The notes under the pieces: model-generated
The model's database searches: none
Seen by the model: only the letters and a program-made list of their open reading frames with translations
What the model was told of the DNA's origin: nothing
Program-made: the position numbers and the translations under genes
Source: Oikopleura dioica
Taxonomy: Eukaryota; Animalia; Chordata
Length of the DNA: 64,000 nucleotides
Assembly (NCBI GenBank): GCA_907165135.1
Contig: OU015566.1
Location: 14,384,001-14,448,000 of the forward strand
Direction of reading: 5' to 3'
Shown: one piece after another, positions 22,768-36,812 of the stretch
How positions within the stretch are numbered: the stretch's first letter is position 1
How the letters are laid out: each line of letters opens with the position of its first letter

Positions 22768-25700
22768 ATGAACTCTCTTAACAACGGCATGGTTGTCGTC
22801 CCGATCCTAACCCCTTACGGAACCCAACTTGTACCGATGTCGGTGAACCAACTCCTTGGATCTGGAATGGGAAATCAAATGCCTTCTGCTGATCTCAACT
22901 CCTTGACTCAGACTTTTCAACAGCAGCAGGCCGCCAACCTCCGAAATATTCAAGGTAAATCAACTTCTAATTTTTTATACCTCTTGGCCAATCAGAAGTC
23001 GAAATCGATTATGCCAGCCAATCAAAAAATACCTATAAATAACTCTTTTGTTAAGCAATTCAATCACAACTTCGATCCTTCCAATCCAACCAAAACCCGA
23101 TCGTGAGCTCCATTCTCCAGCAAGCTCAAGCCGCTCAGCTCAACGCCACCGCCCAAAAAGCTCAGTTCGGTCACGACTCGCACAAGATGGAAATGGACAA
23201 GATCACGGCGAAGCTGGACGCGACAAAGCTTCAAAAATCCAGCTCTTCGAAGAAAGACCTCGGCGCGATTGGCGATCTCCGACCAATGTACAGATCGACT
23301 TCTCGCGGCCAGAGCTCTGGATTCTCCTCTGGAAATACTTCGGAATCTGATTCTGGACATTCGAGAAACTCGATTTCTCCGATCGGGACGAAATTGCACA
23401 TGAAGGGAAAAACGCAGTCGTATACTTCTACTTCGCAGTTTTCGTCGAACTCTTCTGGTTGGTCGGAAGGATGCTCTGGAGACGAAACTGGCTCCGGTAG
23501 GACCTATTCTATTCAAACACAAAATTCAAATTCGATTCTAGGAAAATTCAATTCATTCAAACTTCTCGAACAACGAAGCGGAAGCAAAGCTCTCTTTCTT
23601 CAAAAAATGGTTGAAGTTCTTGAATCTTACTTCTCCGACGAAGGACTAAAACGAAATCAATTCCTCGCCAAGCAAATTCAACTAAATCCCGAAGGAATTC
23701 CTCTCAAAAAAGTTGCAGCTATGCGACGAGTCAAGGTAGAATATTAAAAAACGCTACCGAAATAGTGAACTAAAAATCTACATTTTTCATGATTTTATTT
23801 TATTACTCTTCTTTTTAGGCGTTGACACGTGACTACATGACCGTCGCGTCTGCTATCCGAAAATCTTCCATGCTCGAGCTGTCACGTGACGGCCAACTGG
23901 TCAAGCGAACTGTTCAACCAGCTTCTCTCGAGCCCCCAAAGCCCATCCGAACCGTCCTTGCCATCAATCTCCACGAAAACCCGACCGTCGAAACGGTCAC
24001 TAGCGCCTTTGCCAAGTACGGTGATTTGACTCAAGTGCGCGTTATCCGGCCAACTTCGGCGCTGCCCGCCTATTTGAAGGAGTTCACTATGTGGGTTCCT
24101 GATCTCGGCACCACCAACTGCGCTGTGATCGAGTTTGAGACGCAGGATGAGGCTCAAGCTGCTTGCCGAGAAATCAACATGGCAAACAGAGAAAACGGAA
24201 AGCTCAGAGTTGCTCTCCTCAAGGTTTGCGATTTCTAAAGAGTATCACAATTTCTAATAGATTTCTTATGCATCCAAGGGTATTTTTCGCCCCTAAGCTT
24301 CATTATTTCGGCTGACTACCCATACACTGATAAATCCCATCAGTTTCGTAATTTTTCTCTTAACCCATTTCCTTCCACTCCTTCACTTAATTCCCCGACA
24401 AAAAAACTTTACTCTCTACCATCAATCCCGACCCAAACCTGAACCGCCAATTCACCCCGACAAAATCCGATCCGACCAAAATCCCTCCCAAAATTCTTAA
24501 TCAAACCCCGATCTTTGACACCTGTTTTTCTCGGACCATAACGTGGACCCGCACCAATTTATTCAATCCCGTTTCCCTACCTTACCAGAGCCCTTCCATA
24601 CCAAAAACCACAACCTTTACTCAGACTCATAACTTCACCTTTCTTTCTTATGAAAGTCCCCCCCCCCCTCAATAATCCAATAAACACTACTTTAACACCC
24701 GTACCTATTATTCAATCCCCTTACCGTACCTTACCATAGCCCTTCCATACCCAAGACCTCAACCTTTACTCAAAGCCATCAATTCACCTTTCCCTTTCAT
24801 GAGAGGCCCTTCCCTCATTTGGAATCTATTTAAAACTACCATTACTTCCTGAGAACACATCCCAATCACCATCCTCGACTCAGACCCCCGCCCGAACCTT
24901 ATCCTTTCTCTTCCTTACCCGAATCCTACCTCATTTGAACCATCATTCCACCCCAGAACTTACCCTCGACCTGATCTCCTACCCTTCAATTTCGATTATC
25001 TGACCCCTTACAAACAGCCTCCTCCGTCAATCAAACCTCTCCCCAAAAAAGATACCATTTGAGTTCCGGGTATCTTCTCCCTAATCAGGATACTGACACT
25101 TTTTAGCCCGGCGCTCGAATCCGCCGCACTCTCTACCGCCAATACAAAGAAGACGACGGTAAAACTACCGAAACCAAAAAACTTCCCAAGTTCGAATTAA
25201 AAACTCTCTCCGACTCTGGACACGGCTCCGACGGATCCGCCGAAATCTCAACAGAAAACTCCGAAGACGAAGAAAAATGCTCTGCAAAGGTCAGAAACAA
25301 CTTCGCTCCCGCATACGTAAGATGACCCCTTATTCTCCCATTTCAACTTTTTGAACCGAAAAAATGACGGTTTTTCTAGGTTGTTGGAACCCGACGAGCC
25401 TGGCTGAGCAAATCGCTTCAAAAAGACGCCGAAACTGTATAACAATTTTTAGGATTTTCACGAGCTCATTCAAATTTATTTATAGGTTATTATCAATTAA
25501 ACAATTTTTCTATTCTATTTCCGTTTTCCCTTTTCCCAAAAAAGCTCTTTGTCCCGAATCCAGCGCCCGAACCTGGCTCCAGAATCAAACTTCCAATCAA
25601 AAAACACAGAACACCGCCTTCAACCAACTCCACCCACCCTCGCTCCGATCACTTTTTATAACTCGCGCCTAGGTCCTCCCCGAGAACAATTTGAGCAACG

Positions 25701-25789
25701 CGATCCGCCAACCACGTGGTCCAGTCGAGGGAAGCCGCGGCTTTGACGCCAAATTTTCCCGAAATCGCTCTCGAAACTTTTTCGCCTAA
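22768..25789 (+). CDS. LARP6: La-related protein 6 (Acheron) homolog, multi-exon
   Basis: La motif (LESYFSDEGLKRNQFLAKQ...RRVK|ALTRDY), LARP6-type RRM (VRVIRP...CAVIEFE) and C-terminal SUZ-C/LSA motif (IRQPRGPVEGSRGF, exon 25673-25789). In-phase GT-AG introns 22955-23055, 23497-23541, 23736-23818, 24224-25106, 25290-25379. The junctions between ~25440 and 25672 are unresolved. Confidence 0.9.
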
Positions 25790-26568
25790 GATACTTTATT
25801 GCTTATTTTTCCCGTAATTTTTTAAAAAGAATAACTATCTTATCGCGTTAAATTTCGATCGAGCCAAGGTTCAAGCGCACAAGACAATTTTCCCGATCTT
25901 CATTCTCTTCCAGAAGGCGATTTGGAACTTTGACTTTGACTAGAAACCAACTAGAACGCAGCTTGGCTGTAAATACAAAACATCATCAAAAAACGACTTC
26001 TACTGCTGAAAAAATCCTGAAAAATGGCTCTTCGATGTAAAAAAATTCAACTTTCAACGACTTCAAATCTGAAAAAAAAACGCATCAACTCGACTTGCTT
26101 CAAAATCGAAAGAAACCAAAAACGAAGCATAAAAACTCACTCTCTTCCATGATTTCAAAAAACCGCGAATCAAAAATTACTCGATTCCCATTTCGCCTGT
26201 GCACAATTTTTTTCTCATCAACTGACAAATACTTTTTTTTCATAGGCCGGTTTTTCAAACGAATAATTCAACAAAATTTTCGAGGAAATTAAAAATTAAA
26301 TTTTCAAAAGTAATTAATATTTTCTTGCTATATGCAAACCCTCGGATGTAAATAAAACATTTTTTTGATGAATAAACTCGTGTCTCTTTCTCTTTTGGAG
26401 ACATTTTTAAAGCTTAAAAACTTTGTCGCTTTTCTTTCGCAAGATATGCAGATTTGACCCCGGCGTGACGAAAGATATAATTACTCCACTAATACCGCAA
26501 TAAGTTATTGCCAATAACGATTTTACAACAGAGGGGCTTCAACTCAGAAAAAATAGCGATTTTATACA

Positions 26569-27343
26569 ATGAATTACAAATTTTGGTTTTTCTCTTGTTT
26601 TTTCATTGCGAAAGGAGCTCTTCCAGATGAAGATAGAGTTGTGGTCAGAACGGGTTTTTCGAGAATTTCAAGAAGCGTTGCCAATTCTACAGCGGAGGAT
26701 ATTTTTCTTGAGATAACTGGTAAGCATAAACATCATAGAATTTATCTATGTTTTCCAAGGCGGTGAAAGTTTGGGCGAAAAGATGACTTTGAAAGCTCAG
26801 CTGAATATTTTCAACTACACGGCTCATTTGACCGACTGCGATATTTTCATCAATTCAAAAACTTATCGAATCCTCGAGTCTGAAACCGTTACTTCAACAG
26901 GACTTTTGCTCAATGTTCAAAAACTCAGTAGCTGGACTCTTGAATTGAAGAGATTTTCAACGTCTGCTTCGAAGATGGAAAAAATGGACTTTCAATGCGA
27001 AATTCGGCTGTCTTCTTGTCTTCCATCCGCTGATCCTCTTGGTTATTACTACACTGGACATCGCACAGGATTTTTTCTTCAAATTTGAGAAGCACCTTCT
27101 TTCGAGAAAACTCATTGAAGAAAACTGAAAGTCACCAACTCAGGTCGAACCTGCCAAAAATGGAGTTCCCAATGGCCCCATAGTCACTCTTACCGCAATC
27201 AAATTATTTCGCGCTTTGGCGAACGATTTCTCAATACAAATTACTGCCGCAATCCTGATAACTACAACGGCGGAGTCTGGTGCTACACCACAGATCCAAG
27301 CAAGAGATGGGAATTGTGTGAAATTCCAACTTGTGATTTTTGA
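26569..27343 (+). CDS. Secreted protein with a C-terminal Kringle domain
   Basis: Signal-like N-terminus and GT-AG intron 26720-26759. Kringle: C..YYYTG|KLKVTNSGRTCQKW..PHSH...NYCRNPD...WCYTTDPSKRWELCEIPTC. The second junction is non-canonical. Confidence 0.8.
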
Positions 27344-27405
27344 TTATCTTCTTTGGTTTTAACGAAATAAATCTTATGCAGCATGAGGCTTGTTTTATCA
27401 AAAAA

Positions 27406-28637
27406 TCAAATACAGTAGTCAGCAGAAACTTGAAAAAGAACAGGAGCTTTAGTGTTTTCGTTGTCCATCTTTTTGATCGTCCAAGTTCTTGAATCGACGA
27501 ATTCTTCAATTTTGATTCGATTTTGCTCGAAATCGAATCGGTTGATTGAATTTCCCGACACAACAAATACCGACTCTTCTATTCTGATCACGGACGAATA
27601 TTTATCGAACTCAATGATACATTAATTTATCACATTCAAATCTTACTGTAATGGGCACGCCGATCTCTTTCCAGCCAGAGCCTGCTAGAAGAAAAACTCC
27701 GTTAAAGCGACCAGCGACCAATAAATTCCCACTTTCAAAACCGATCGCGAGAACTCTCTCGGCCAGTCTCGGATAGTCCGGCATGGAATACCAACCAGAG
27801 CGAGAGAGGTCGAGCTTTTCCACCCTGAGTTTGCTTTTACAAGCTTCGCAGTTATTGCCACTTCCTCGATAATTTTGAACCCAGACTAAGTCTCCTATTG
27901 CAGCAGCTTTGCCCTTGTAAAGAGCGAGTTTCCCACTGGCATGGCTGAATATTGAAGAAAACGTTTTCTCAGATCTACGGCCGTCGAAAATCTCACATTC
28001 TTTCGTCATTCTTGAGCCATCGCCTCCAGGAAAGCAGATCAGAGCTTTTGATCCATCGCTTATTGAAAGTGCGCTTGCAGTTGAATCAATTTCATGAACT
28101 AGCCTTGCTGATTGCTCGATCAACTCGCAGTTTATTAATTTCAGGATCTAGTGATAAATATTTCTTGATTGTTTCTTCAAGTTTTTTCCTACCCTTTGCT
28201 TATAAAAATCTCCTCCGAAGATAAAAAGCTCGCCTTCAATTGAAGCAAAAGGACCCCAATCGCCATGATTTTCAAAAGAATCAATTATGCCAACTCTTTT
28301 TTGAACGAGTCCATCTTCAGAAACAAGAAAAGAATTGTCAATAAGCTTTGAACTAGAGCCCAGAATCAATATGAACTAAATTTAAACTGTTAAAATAATT
28401 TTAGAAAACATAATCAAGAACCGGTTTAACACGCTCTGTGGTAGTTGAAGTTGTAGTCGCCGCATTTGTTCTTATTGTTGGTTGAGTAAGTCCTACTGTT
28501 CGAATATCAGCTCTTTCAGAATGAGAACCCGGTCTGTATTTAAAAACAAGACCAACAGCTAAACCAGCGACGAGAAAAATATTAATAATGATCAAAATTT
28601 TACGCGTTTTACTGATTTTCAAGCCCGTCTCTGTCAT
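27406..28637 (-). CDS. Type II membrane protein with Thr-rich stalk and kelch/beta-propeller-like ectodomain, 4 exons
   Basis: N-terminal TM segment (ILIIINIFLVAGLAVGLVF), a TTTSTTT stalk, and blade-like motifs ELFIFGG, ALICF..ECEIFDG, KLALYKGKAAAIG, LLVAG..W. Three short GT-AG introns join in phase 0. Confidence 0.75.
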
Positions 28638-28931
28638 TTTTGAGGCTGAACTTTCAAAGAGGAGTCATAAAATAAGGGAACTCGTAAAAATACAATTGTT
28701 GAACCGGCATTTCGTAAGAGCTAATTTAAGTAAATAATTTATTGGTGAATATCAATGAATTTGTAATTGCGGAAAAAGAAGTTGGCAATCATACTGATCA
28801 GAAAACGGCGGAGTCAAATTGGAAGTTCAAAATCTGTGAGTACATAATGTGAAATCAAAAGCATTCAAGGTGCAGTCAAAAAGAATTGTTGAAATGAGAG
28901 AAAAACAGAGTCTTGAAGTCTTCTGAAATTC

Positions 28932-30646
<1,715 letters not shown>

Positions 30647-31755
30647 TTTTAATTTTTTTGTCTGAAAAGATGAAAAATGCGTTTTGATGCTTTGAAAAAG
30701 CGGCGATCGAATCCGCCACCGGCAATGTTGAAAAAGTGGGAGTGGTGAGTTGAAAGCAACAAGGAGATAAACTCGCTAGTAATTAGCTATTCGAGCGGTT
30801 TTTAAACACTTCAAAAGGGGAATGAAATAAACAAGTTACGTAACAATCTTCGCAATAAAATTAATAATCAGCAGCTTTGGGACAATTAAAACGAGTTGAT
30901 AAAGGTTCAAAATGTCTGATGAAGGGTGCAAAAGGGTTGAATGTAGCTCTAGGCAAAGGCAACTCTAGAACAGTTATGAAAAGAGGTTATAACTTGGCAA
31001 AAGATTCATTTTTTCATTGGAAAATGAAGCCTCTTGATTTCTCAAAAAGATACAGTATCTTTCTCTTTATAACAAGTTTTTTTCACAAGCTTCGAATTTG
31101 AATGTTGACCTTTTATGCGCGTCAAAAAGGTGCTGGAAAGTTCGATAGCGCTCTTGAACTTACTCCTTTGTTCTTTCTTCTCTGGGCAGACGGAGAAAAA
31201 GGGTTCTCTCTGAATAAAAACTGCGGAAATAGAAAGAAAAACGTCTCTATTAGAAGTCTTTTGTTATTATTTTTTTGTTTGATAGGAAATGAGCTATATC
31301 ATCGGCCTCATCTCAAATGTCAATTTTTTAGTAAAAAAGAAAAGTATTTGCCCTCGATTATTATACGAGACAATTGATGGATTATGATCGAGCTTTCTTT
31401 TATTTCCTGTCTAAAGAATGTAATGGCTATCAAATTTACTGAATAAACTCTTCAGAAAACTCACTAAAACAGGGGTGGCCTAAACTTTGATCGTTGTCAT
31501 GTGTGATTCTTTGAGAAAGTGATTCTTCCTGTTTGTAAAAGGTAGTACGTGGTAACTCGTCGGGGGTTGGCCCGGCGAGTGGAAGGTAAAACAAACGCAA
31601 ACGGATTAAATTTGTCGAAACGTCGTAGAAGGACTAAACTTGAGCCAGCTTTTAAATTACTTCCGTGAATTTTGTTTAATAGCAAGTGACAAATTTGGAG
31701 CTTTTTATATATTTAAGCAAGAAAGTGACATGGAGTCAGAAATTCTTTTCCGGAG

Positions 31756-32764
31756 TTAGCAGCCCATCTTGTCGTTGTAGAAGTTTCGGACTTTTCGAGC
31801 TGCTCGGATGACCTGTCGGTGGACTTTGCCTCGTCCTTCGCAAGCGTTGTTTCGCGCCCAGCTGTTGAGAGCGGCGTTGACTTGGCCATTGAGCTTGCAG
31901 AAGTCGCTCTCATCGAAGACTTGCACGTCGTCGGCGGAGTCTTCGGAGCCGAAGCCGTTGTCTTCGTAGCAGTTTTCGCCGTTGTCAGCGTCGACAACCT
32001 TGTTAAAGACTTTGTAGAATCGGTTGACGTATCGCTCAGTCCAAGATGCGTCTTCTGGGAGGGATGCGGCGATTCTCTGAATTCCCAATTTTACCAATTT
32101 TATTCAATGAATATTTTGTCACTTACGCCAAAGTGGTATTCGATGATGTCAAGTCGGTCAGCTTCAACGAGCTCGAATTCAAAGCCGGAAAAGCGGAAGA
32201 GATGATCAGAGGTGAAACTGACAGTTGCTTGACCTCCTAGGACAAATAGATCTTCAAATCCGTCGTCCTTAACGTTGACGAGATCAGGAGTCATTTTGCC
32301 GCCCTCTTTTATGCCTTTTTGTTTCTCTCGTCGTTGATCGGAGTATTCGCCACAGAAGTTTCTCTCTTGACCGTTGGCAACGACCTTGACGTAATCATAT
32401 ACACAACCTTGAGCATACTCAACGTCGAATCGGTTTGCTTTAATTAAAAAGCCGGAAACCCTCGGATGTCGATGGTCCAGCTGCAATAAGCTCTGTTGGG
32501 ATAGTAGCCATATAAATAGTCTGGCGACGAAAATGTTTGAAACTCAGTGATGCGGCCGCCGCAGTCGGTAAAAATCGGTTCACCGTTAGTAGTGAATTCG
32601 TTTGTGGAATAGGATGGAGTTGTCCCGGTAGAGTAAATTCCAGTGACAGTAGTGGAGTCATAATTATCAGTGGTGTAATAGGAAGCAGATGCGCCGGCAA
32701 TCAAGGAAAACAGCTGAAATGTATATTTATTTATTTTCTCTTGTCTCTGTGAATAAACCTTCAT
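31756..32764 (-). pseudogene. CUB-domain secreted protein, tandem copy 1; 1-nt frameshift in exon 2 (pseudogene or assembly indel)
   Basis: Exons 32764-32759, 32713-32127 (587 nt, not a multiple of 3) and 32076-31756. The frame breaks at ~32460 (cgagggtttcc) relative to the paralogues. Confidence 0.7.
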
Positions 32765-33263
32765 TCTCTAGCTTCTTTTTCAGATATTCCGATAAATTTT
32801 GGATTGCTTCATGCGTTTTTGTACTTTCTGGCTTCGGCCATTGCTCCTAGGTGGCGGTGCACAAACACCAAGGGGTTAAGCGTTAGAGACGGATCGGCAA
32901 GTGAAAGTTGAAATTAATGACTGGTTGTCAAGATAACGATGTCGAATTTGATTGATCGAGGATTCTGACCCGAAAAACACTTTTTGTGGATTCAATAATG
33001 TAATTTCTAAGACAAAACCAAAAACAACGACTACTACGACGACGAAAACTACGACAACATCGACAGTCAGAACAACGACTACAACTTGTAGTCTTGTTGT
33101 AGTCTACAAGGCATGTACCGTATGTAATAAATTCTGCCACCCTAGCGCAGGATTGAGGTATAAATAAACTATTTTCGTGAATTTGCTTCAATAGTGACAA
33201 GTTTGGAGAATATTATTTATTTTAACGAGAAAGTGATATGGAGTCAGAAATTCTTTTCCGGAG

Positions 33264-34263
33264 TTAGCAGCCCATCTTGTCGTTGTAGAAGTTTCGGACC
33301 TTTCGAGCGGCTCGGATGACCTGTCGGTGGACCTTGCCTCGTCCTTCGCAAGCGTTGTTTCGCGCCCAGCTGTTGAGAGCGGCGTTGACTTGGCCGTTGA
33401 GCTTGCAGAAGTCGCTCTCATCAAAGACCTGGACGTCGTCGGCGGAGTCATCAGAGCCGAAGCCATTTTCTTCGTAGCAGTTTTCGCCGTTGTCAGCGTC
33501 GACAACCTTGTTGAAGACTTTGTAGAATCGGTTGACGTATCGTTCAGTCCAAGATGCGCCTTCTGGGAGGGATGCGGCGATTCTCTGAAATCCCAGTTTT
33601 ACCAATCATATTTACTGATTAGTATTTCGTTACTTACGCCAAAGTGGTATTTGATGATGTCAAGTCGATCAGCTTCAACAAGCTCCAATTCGAAACTACC
33701 TCTTGAAATGATGTGATCCGAGGAGAAACTGACTGTGGCTTGGCCTCCTAGGACAAAAATATCCTCGAATCCGTCGTTCGAGGCATTGACGAGGTCAGGA
33801 GTCATTTTGCCGCCCTCTTTGACCTTCCTGCCGGCTTCGCGTCTTCGTCGCCTGAAAAGCTTAGGGCCGCAGAAGTTCCTCTCTTCTCCGTTGGCGACTA
33901 CCTTCACGTAGTCAAACACGCAGTTGGTAGCATACTCAACAACGAATCGATTGGCCTTGATGAAGAAACCGGGAACTCCTCGGATATCGATGGTCCAGGT
34001 GCAATGAGCTCTGTTGGGATAGGTGCCATCACCGGCGTCTGGAGACGAAAATTTTTGAAGCTCAGTGATGCGGCCGCCGCAATCGGTTGCAATCGGTTCA
34101 CCGTTTGTAGTGTGTGTTATGTACGTAGTTGAAGTGATAGGGAGTTCTGTACTGGGGATATAGGACTCAGTGGTGTAGTAAGAAGCAGTTGCGCCGGCGA
34201 TCAAGGAAAAGAGCTAAAATAAATTTTTATAATTACTCGTGTCTCTGTGAATAAAACCTTCAT
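33264..34263 (-). CDS. Secreted CUB-domain protein, tandem copy 2 (signal peptide, Thr-rich linker, CUB, ~106 aa Cys-containing C-terminal domain)
   Basis: Exons 34263-34258 (MK), 34213-33638 and 33584-33264, GT-AG and in phase. CUB motifs DCGG...FSSP..YPNRAHCTWTI...CVFDYVKV...FCG...VSFSSD. Confidence 0.9.
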
Positions 34264-34455
34264 TCTCTAGCTATTTTCAGATATTCTGATAAATTCTGAG
34301 CTGCTTCGCGCGGTTTTGTAGTTTCTCACTTCGGCTATCGCTACTAGGTGGCGGTGCACTTACACCAAGAGGTTAGACGTTAGAGACGCACTGAGCCAGT
34401 TTTGCAGACTCGCCTATGTTGTCACTAAACAGGCGGCGTTTAATTTTTTGAGGAA

Positions 34456-35447
34456 ATCTCTAGTATGGATCGTAACAGAAAGGTTTCGCTATGCAAGGAT
34501 TTAAACAGAAATCTGCCGCATAGCATGAAACGAAAAAATTGGATAGTTCGATTTTTTAAAGGCAATTCTAAGGGTGTCAAAAGCCTACCGGCCTAAAATA
34601 CTCACCTTTAAATGTAGATCTCGGGCCTATCTTTCATTTTGACGGTGTATTTAAGGAGGTAGTCCCTGCTTTTTGCGATCTCGGCACTTTTTGAACGGCG
34701 CTCCCACAAATTTGCGCTGGGGTTGAGGGATAAAAACTCTAGGAATAGAAAGGTCGAACCCTAATGAAAGTTTGAATTCACGGAAAAAAATTTTATTCGC
34801 CCGCTTAAGGAGTTAGAGGGCGATAATCGAACCTAGCCCGGGCGAAATCGCCATTTTGGCCTATTTTTAAACGCGCTGAAAATCAAGAGGATCTTTCAAA
34901 AATTTAAACTAATTGAATTTTTTGAAAGTTTATACGTTTGTCTAGGTTTGAATTAAGGGAAATTAAAAAAGTCCAAAAAGTCATAATGTAATGCCATCAA
35001 TCAAAGGTTGGGTCTCAAAATCTTTAAAAAATAAGTTTTTTAAGGATGATTTATACTAAATAAGCTTAATAATAGACATTTTATTTATTATTTTTATTAT
35101 CTAGAGGTCATTTAAAATCGAAATAAAGCTATATCTATGGATAAAATTGACAAAAAAATTCGAGTTTTTGAAATTTTTCATCAAAATCTCACTTTTCGAG
35201 TGTGATTTTGGGGTTTTTCCTCTTACATTTGGAAAAAATGATCCACACAAAGTTTTTAGCTCTTCTAACGAGCTTTCAGAATCTGCTTAGAAAATTTGAA
35301 AATTCCGATTTTTTCAAAAGCGAGGACTACCCCCTTAATTGCCTTTGAAAAATCGAACTATCCAATTTTTTATTCCATGCTTAGCGGCAGATTTCTGTTT
35401 GGATCCTTGCATAGCGAAACCTTTCTGTTACGATCCATACTAGAGAT
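34456..35447. repeat. ~110 bp inverted-repeat arms (34456-34567 and 35337-35447) split by a nested element
   Basis: atctctagtatggatcgtaacagaaaggtttcgctatgcaaggat...ggcaatt is the reverse complement of aattgcc...atccttgcatagcgaaacctttctgttacgatccatactagagat. Confidence 0.85.
34651..35338. mobile_element. TTAA-flanked non-autonomous DNA element (~680 bp)
   Basis: TTAAggaggtagtccctgctttt ... aaaagcgaggactaccccCTTAA: imperfect ~19 bp TIR with TTAA at both ends. Confidence 0.7.
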
Positions 35448-35570
35448 ACTTGTGTCCAAAATAAGATAATGTCCTAAGTACATTTGATTGAGTTTTCAAA
35501 AATTTTGAAATCGTTTTTTTCTTTTTTTTTATTCGGATTATAAGACAGATCAGCATATTCTTTTCCGGAG

Positions 35571-36568
35571 TTAGCAGCCCATCTTGTCGTTGTAGAAGTT
35601 TCTGACCTTTCGAGCGGCTCGGATGACCTGTCGGTGGACTTTGCCTCGTCCTTCGCAAGCGTTGTTTCGCGCCCAGCTGTTGAGAGCGGCGTTGACCTGG
35701 CCGTTGAGCTTGCAGAAGTCGCTTTCATCGAAGACTTGCACGTCGTCGGCGGAGTCTTCGGAGCCGAAGCCGTTGTCTTCGTAGCAGTTTTCGCCGTTGT
35801 CAGCGTCGACAACCTTGTTAAAGACTTTGTAGAATCGGTTGACGTATCGCTCAGTCCAGGAAGCGTCTTCTGGAAGAGATGCGGCGATTCTCTGAAATCC
35901 CAATTTTACCAATTTTATTCACCTAATTGGTTACTTACGCCAAAGTGGTATTCGATGATGTCAAGTCGGTCAGCTTCAACAAGCTCGAGTTCGAAACTAC
36001 CTCCAGAATAGGAGTGGTCCGAGGAGAAACTGACTGTTGCTTGGCCTCCTAGGACAAAGATGTCCTCGAATCCGTCGTTTGAAACATTGACGAGATCCTC
36101 AGTCAGTTTGTTGCCCTTTTTTGCCTTCTTGCCGGCATCGCGTCTTCGTCGGTGGTCGTTGAAGCCGCAGAAATTCCTCTCTTCCCCGTTTGCAATGACC
36201 TTCACGAAGTCAAAAGCGCAGTAGTCATCCCACTCAACCTCAAATTGATTGGCTTTGATGAAGAAAGCGGGAACTCCTCGGATATCGATGGTCCAGGTGC
36301 AATGAGCTCTGTTGGGATAGGTGCCATCGCCGGCGTCTGGAGACGAAAATGTTTGAAGCTCAGTGATTCGCCCGCCACAATCGGTTACAATCGGTTCACC
36401 GTTTGTAGTGGCTGTGTTGACCCAAGTAGTAGGGGTGGTGAATTCCGTAGTGGGGTCATAGGACTCAGTGGTGTAGTAGGAAGCAGATGCGCCGGCAATC
36501 AAGGAAAAGAGCTAAAATAAATTTTAATATATTTCCCCGTGTCTCTATGAATAAAAAATAACCTTCAT
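35571..36568 (-). CDS. Secreted CUB-domain protein, tandem copy 3
   Basis: Exons 36568-36563, 36511-35939 and 35891-35571, in phase; same architecture as copy 2. Confidence 0.9.
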
Positions 36569-36812
36569 TCTCTAGCTTTTTTCAGATATTCTGATAAATT
36601 CTGAGTTGCTTCGCGCGGTTTTGTACTTTCTAAGATTGCCATCGCTCCTAGGTGGCGGTGCATTTCAACCAAGAGGTTAGACGTTAGAGACGAATTGAGA
36701 TTGCCTAGGGCGAAGAAATTACTTGCAATATTTGATTTCTTTGTCATATTCTTATAGAATGGAAATAAAAGTCACGAGTTTTTTCAAACATCCGCATCAG
36801 AAAAAGGAAGCA

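Noticed and set aside
32952-33167. KPKTTTTTTT mucin-like ORF (and its copy at 37075-37344)
   Set aside because: Arises from an ACT/ACG microsatellite in a duplicated spacer; no signal peptide or convincing splice context.
31713-36011. Thr/Ser-rich alternate-frame ORFs and + strand ORFs over the CUB genes
   Set aside because: Frame and strand shadows of the real exons, repeated only because the genes are duplicated.
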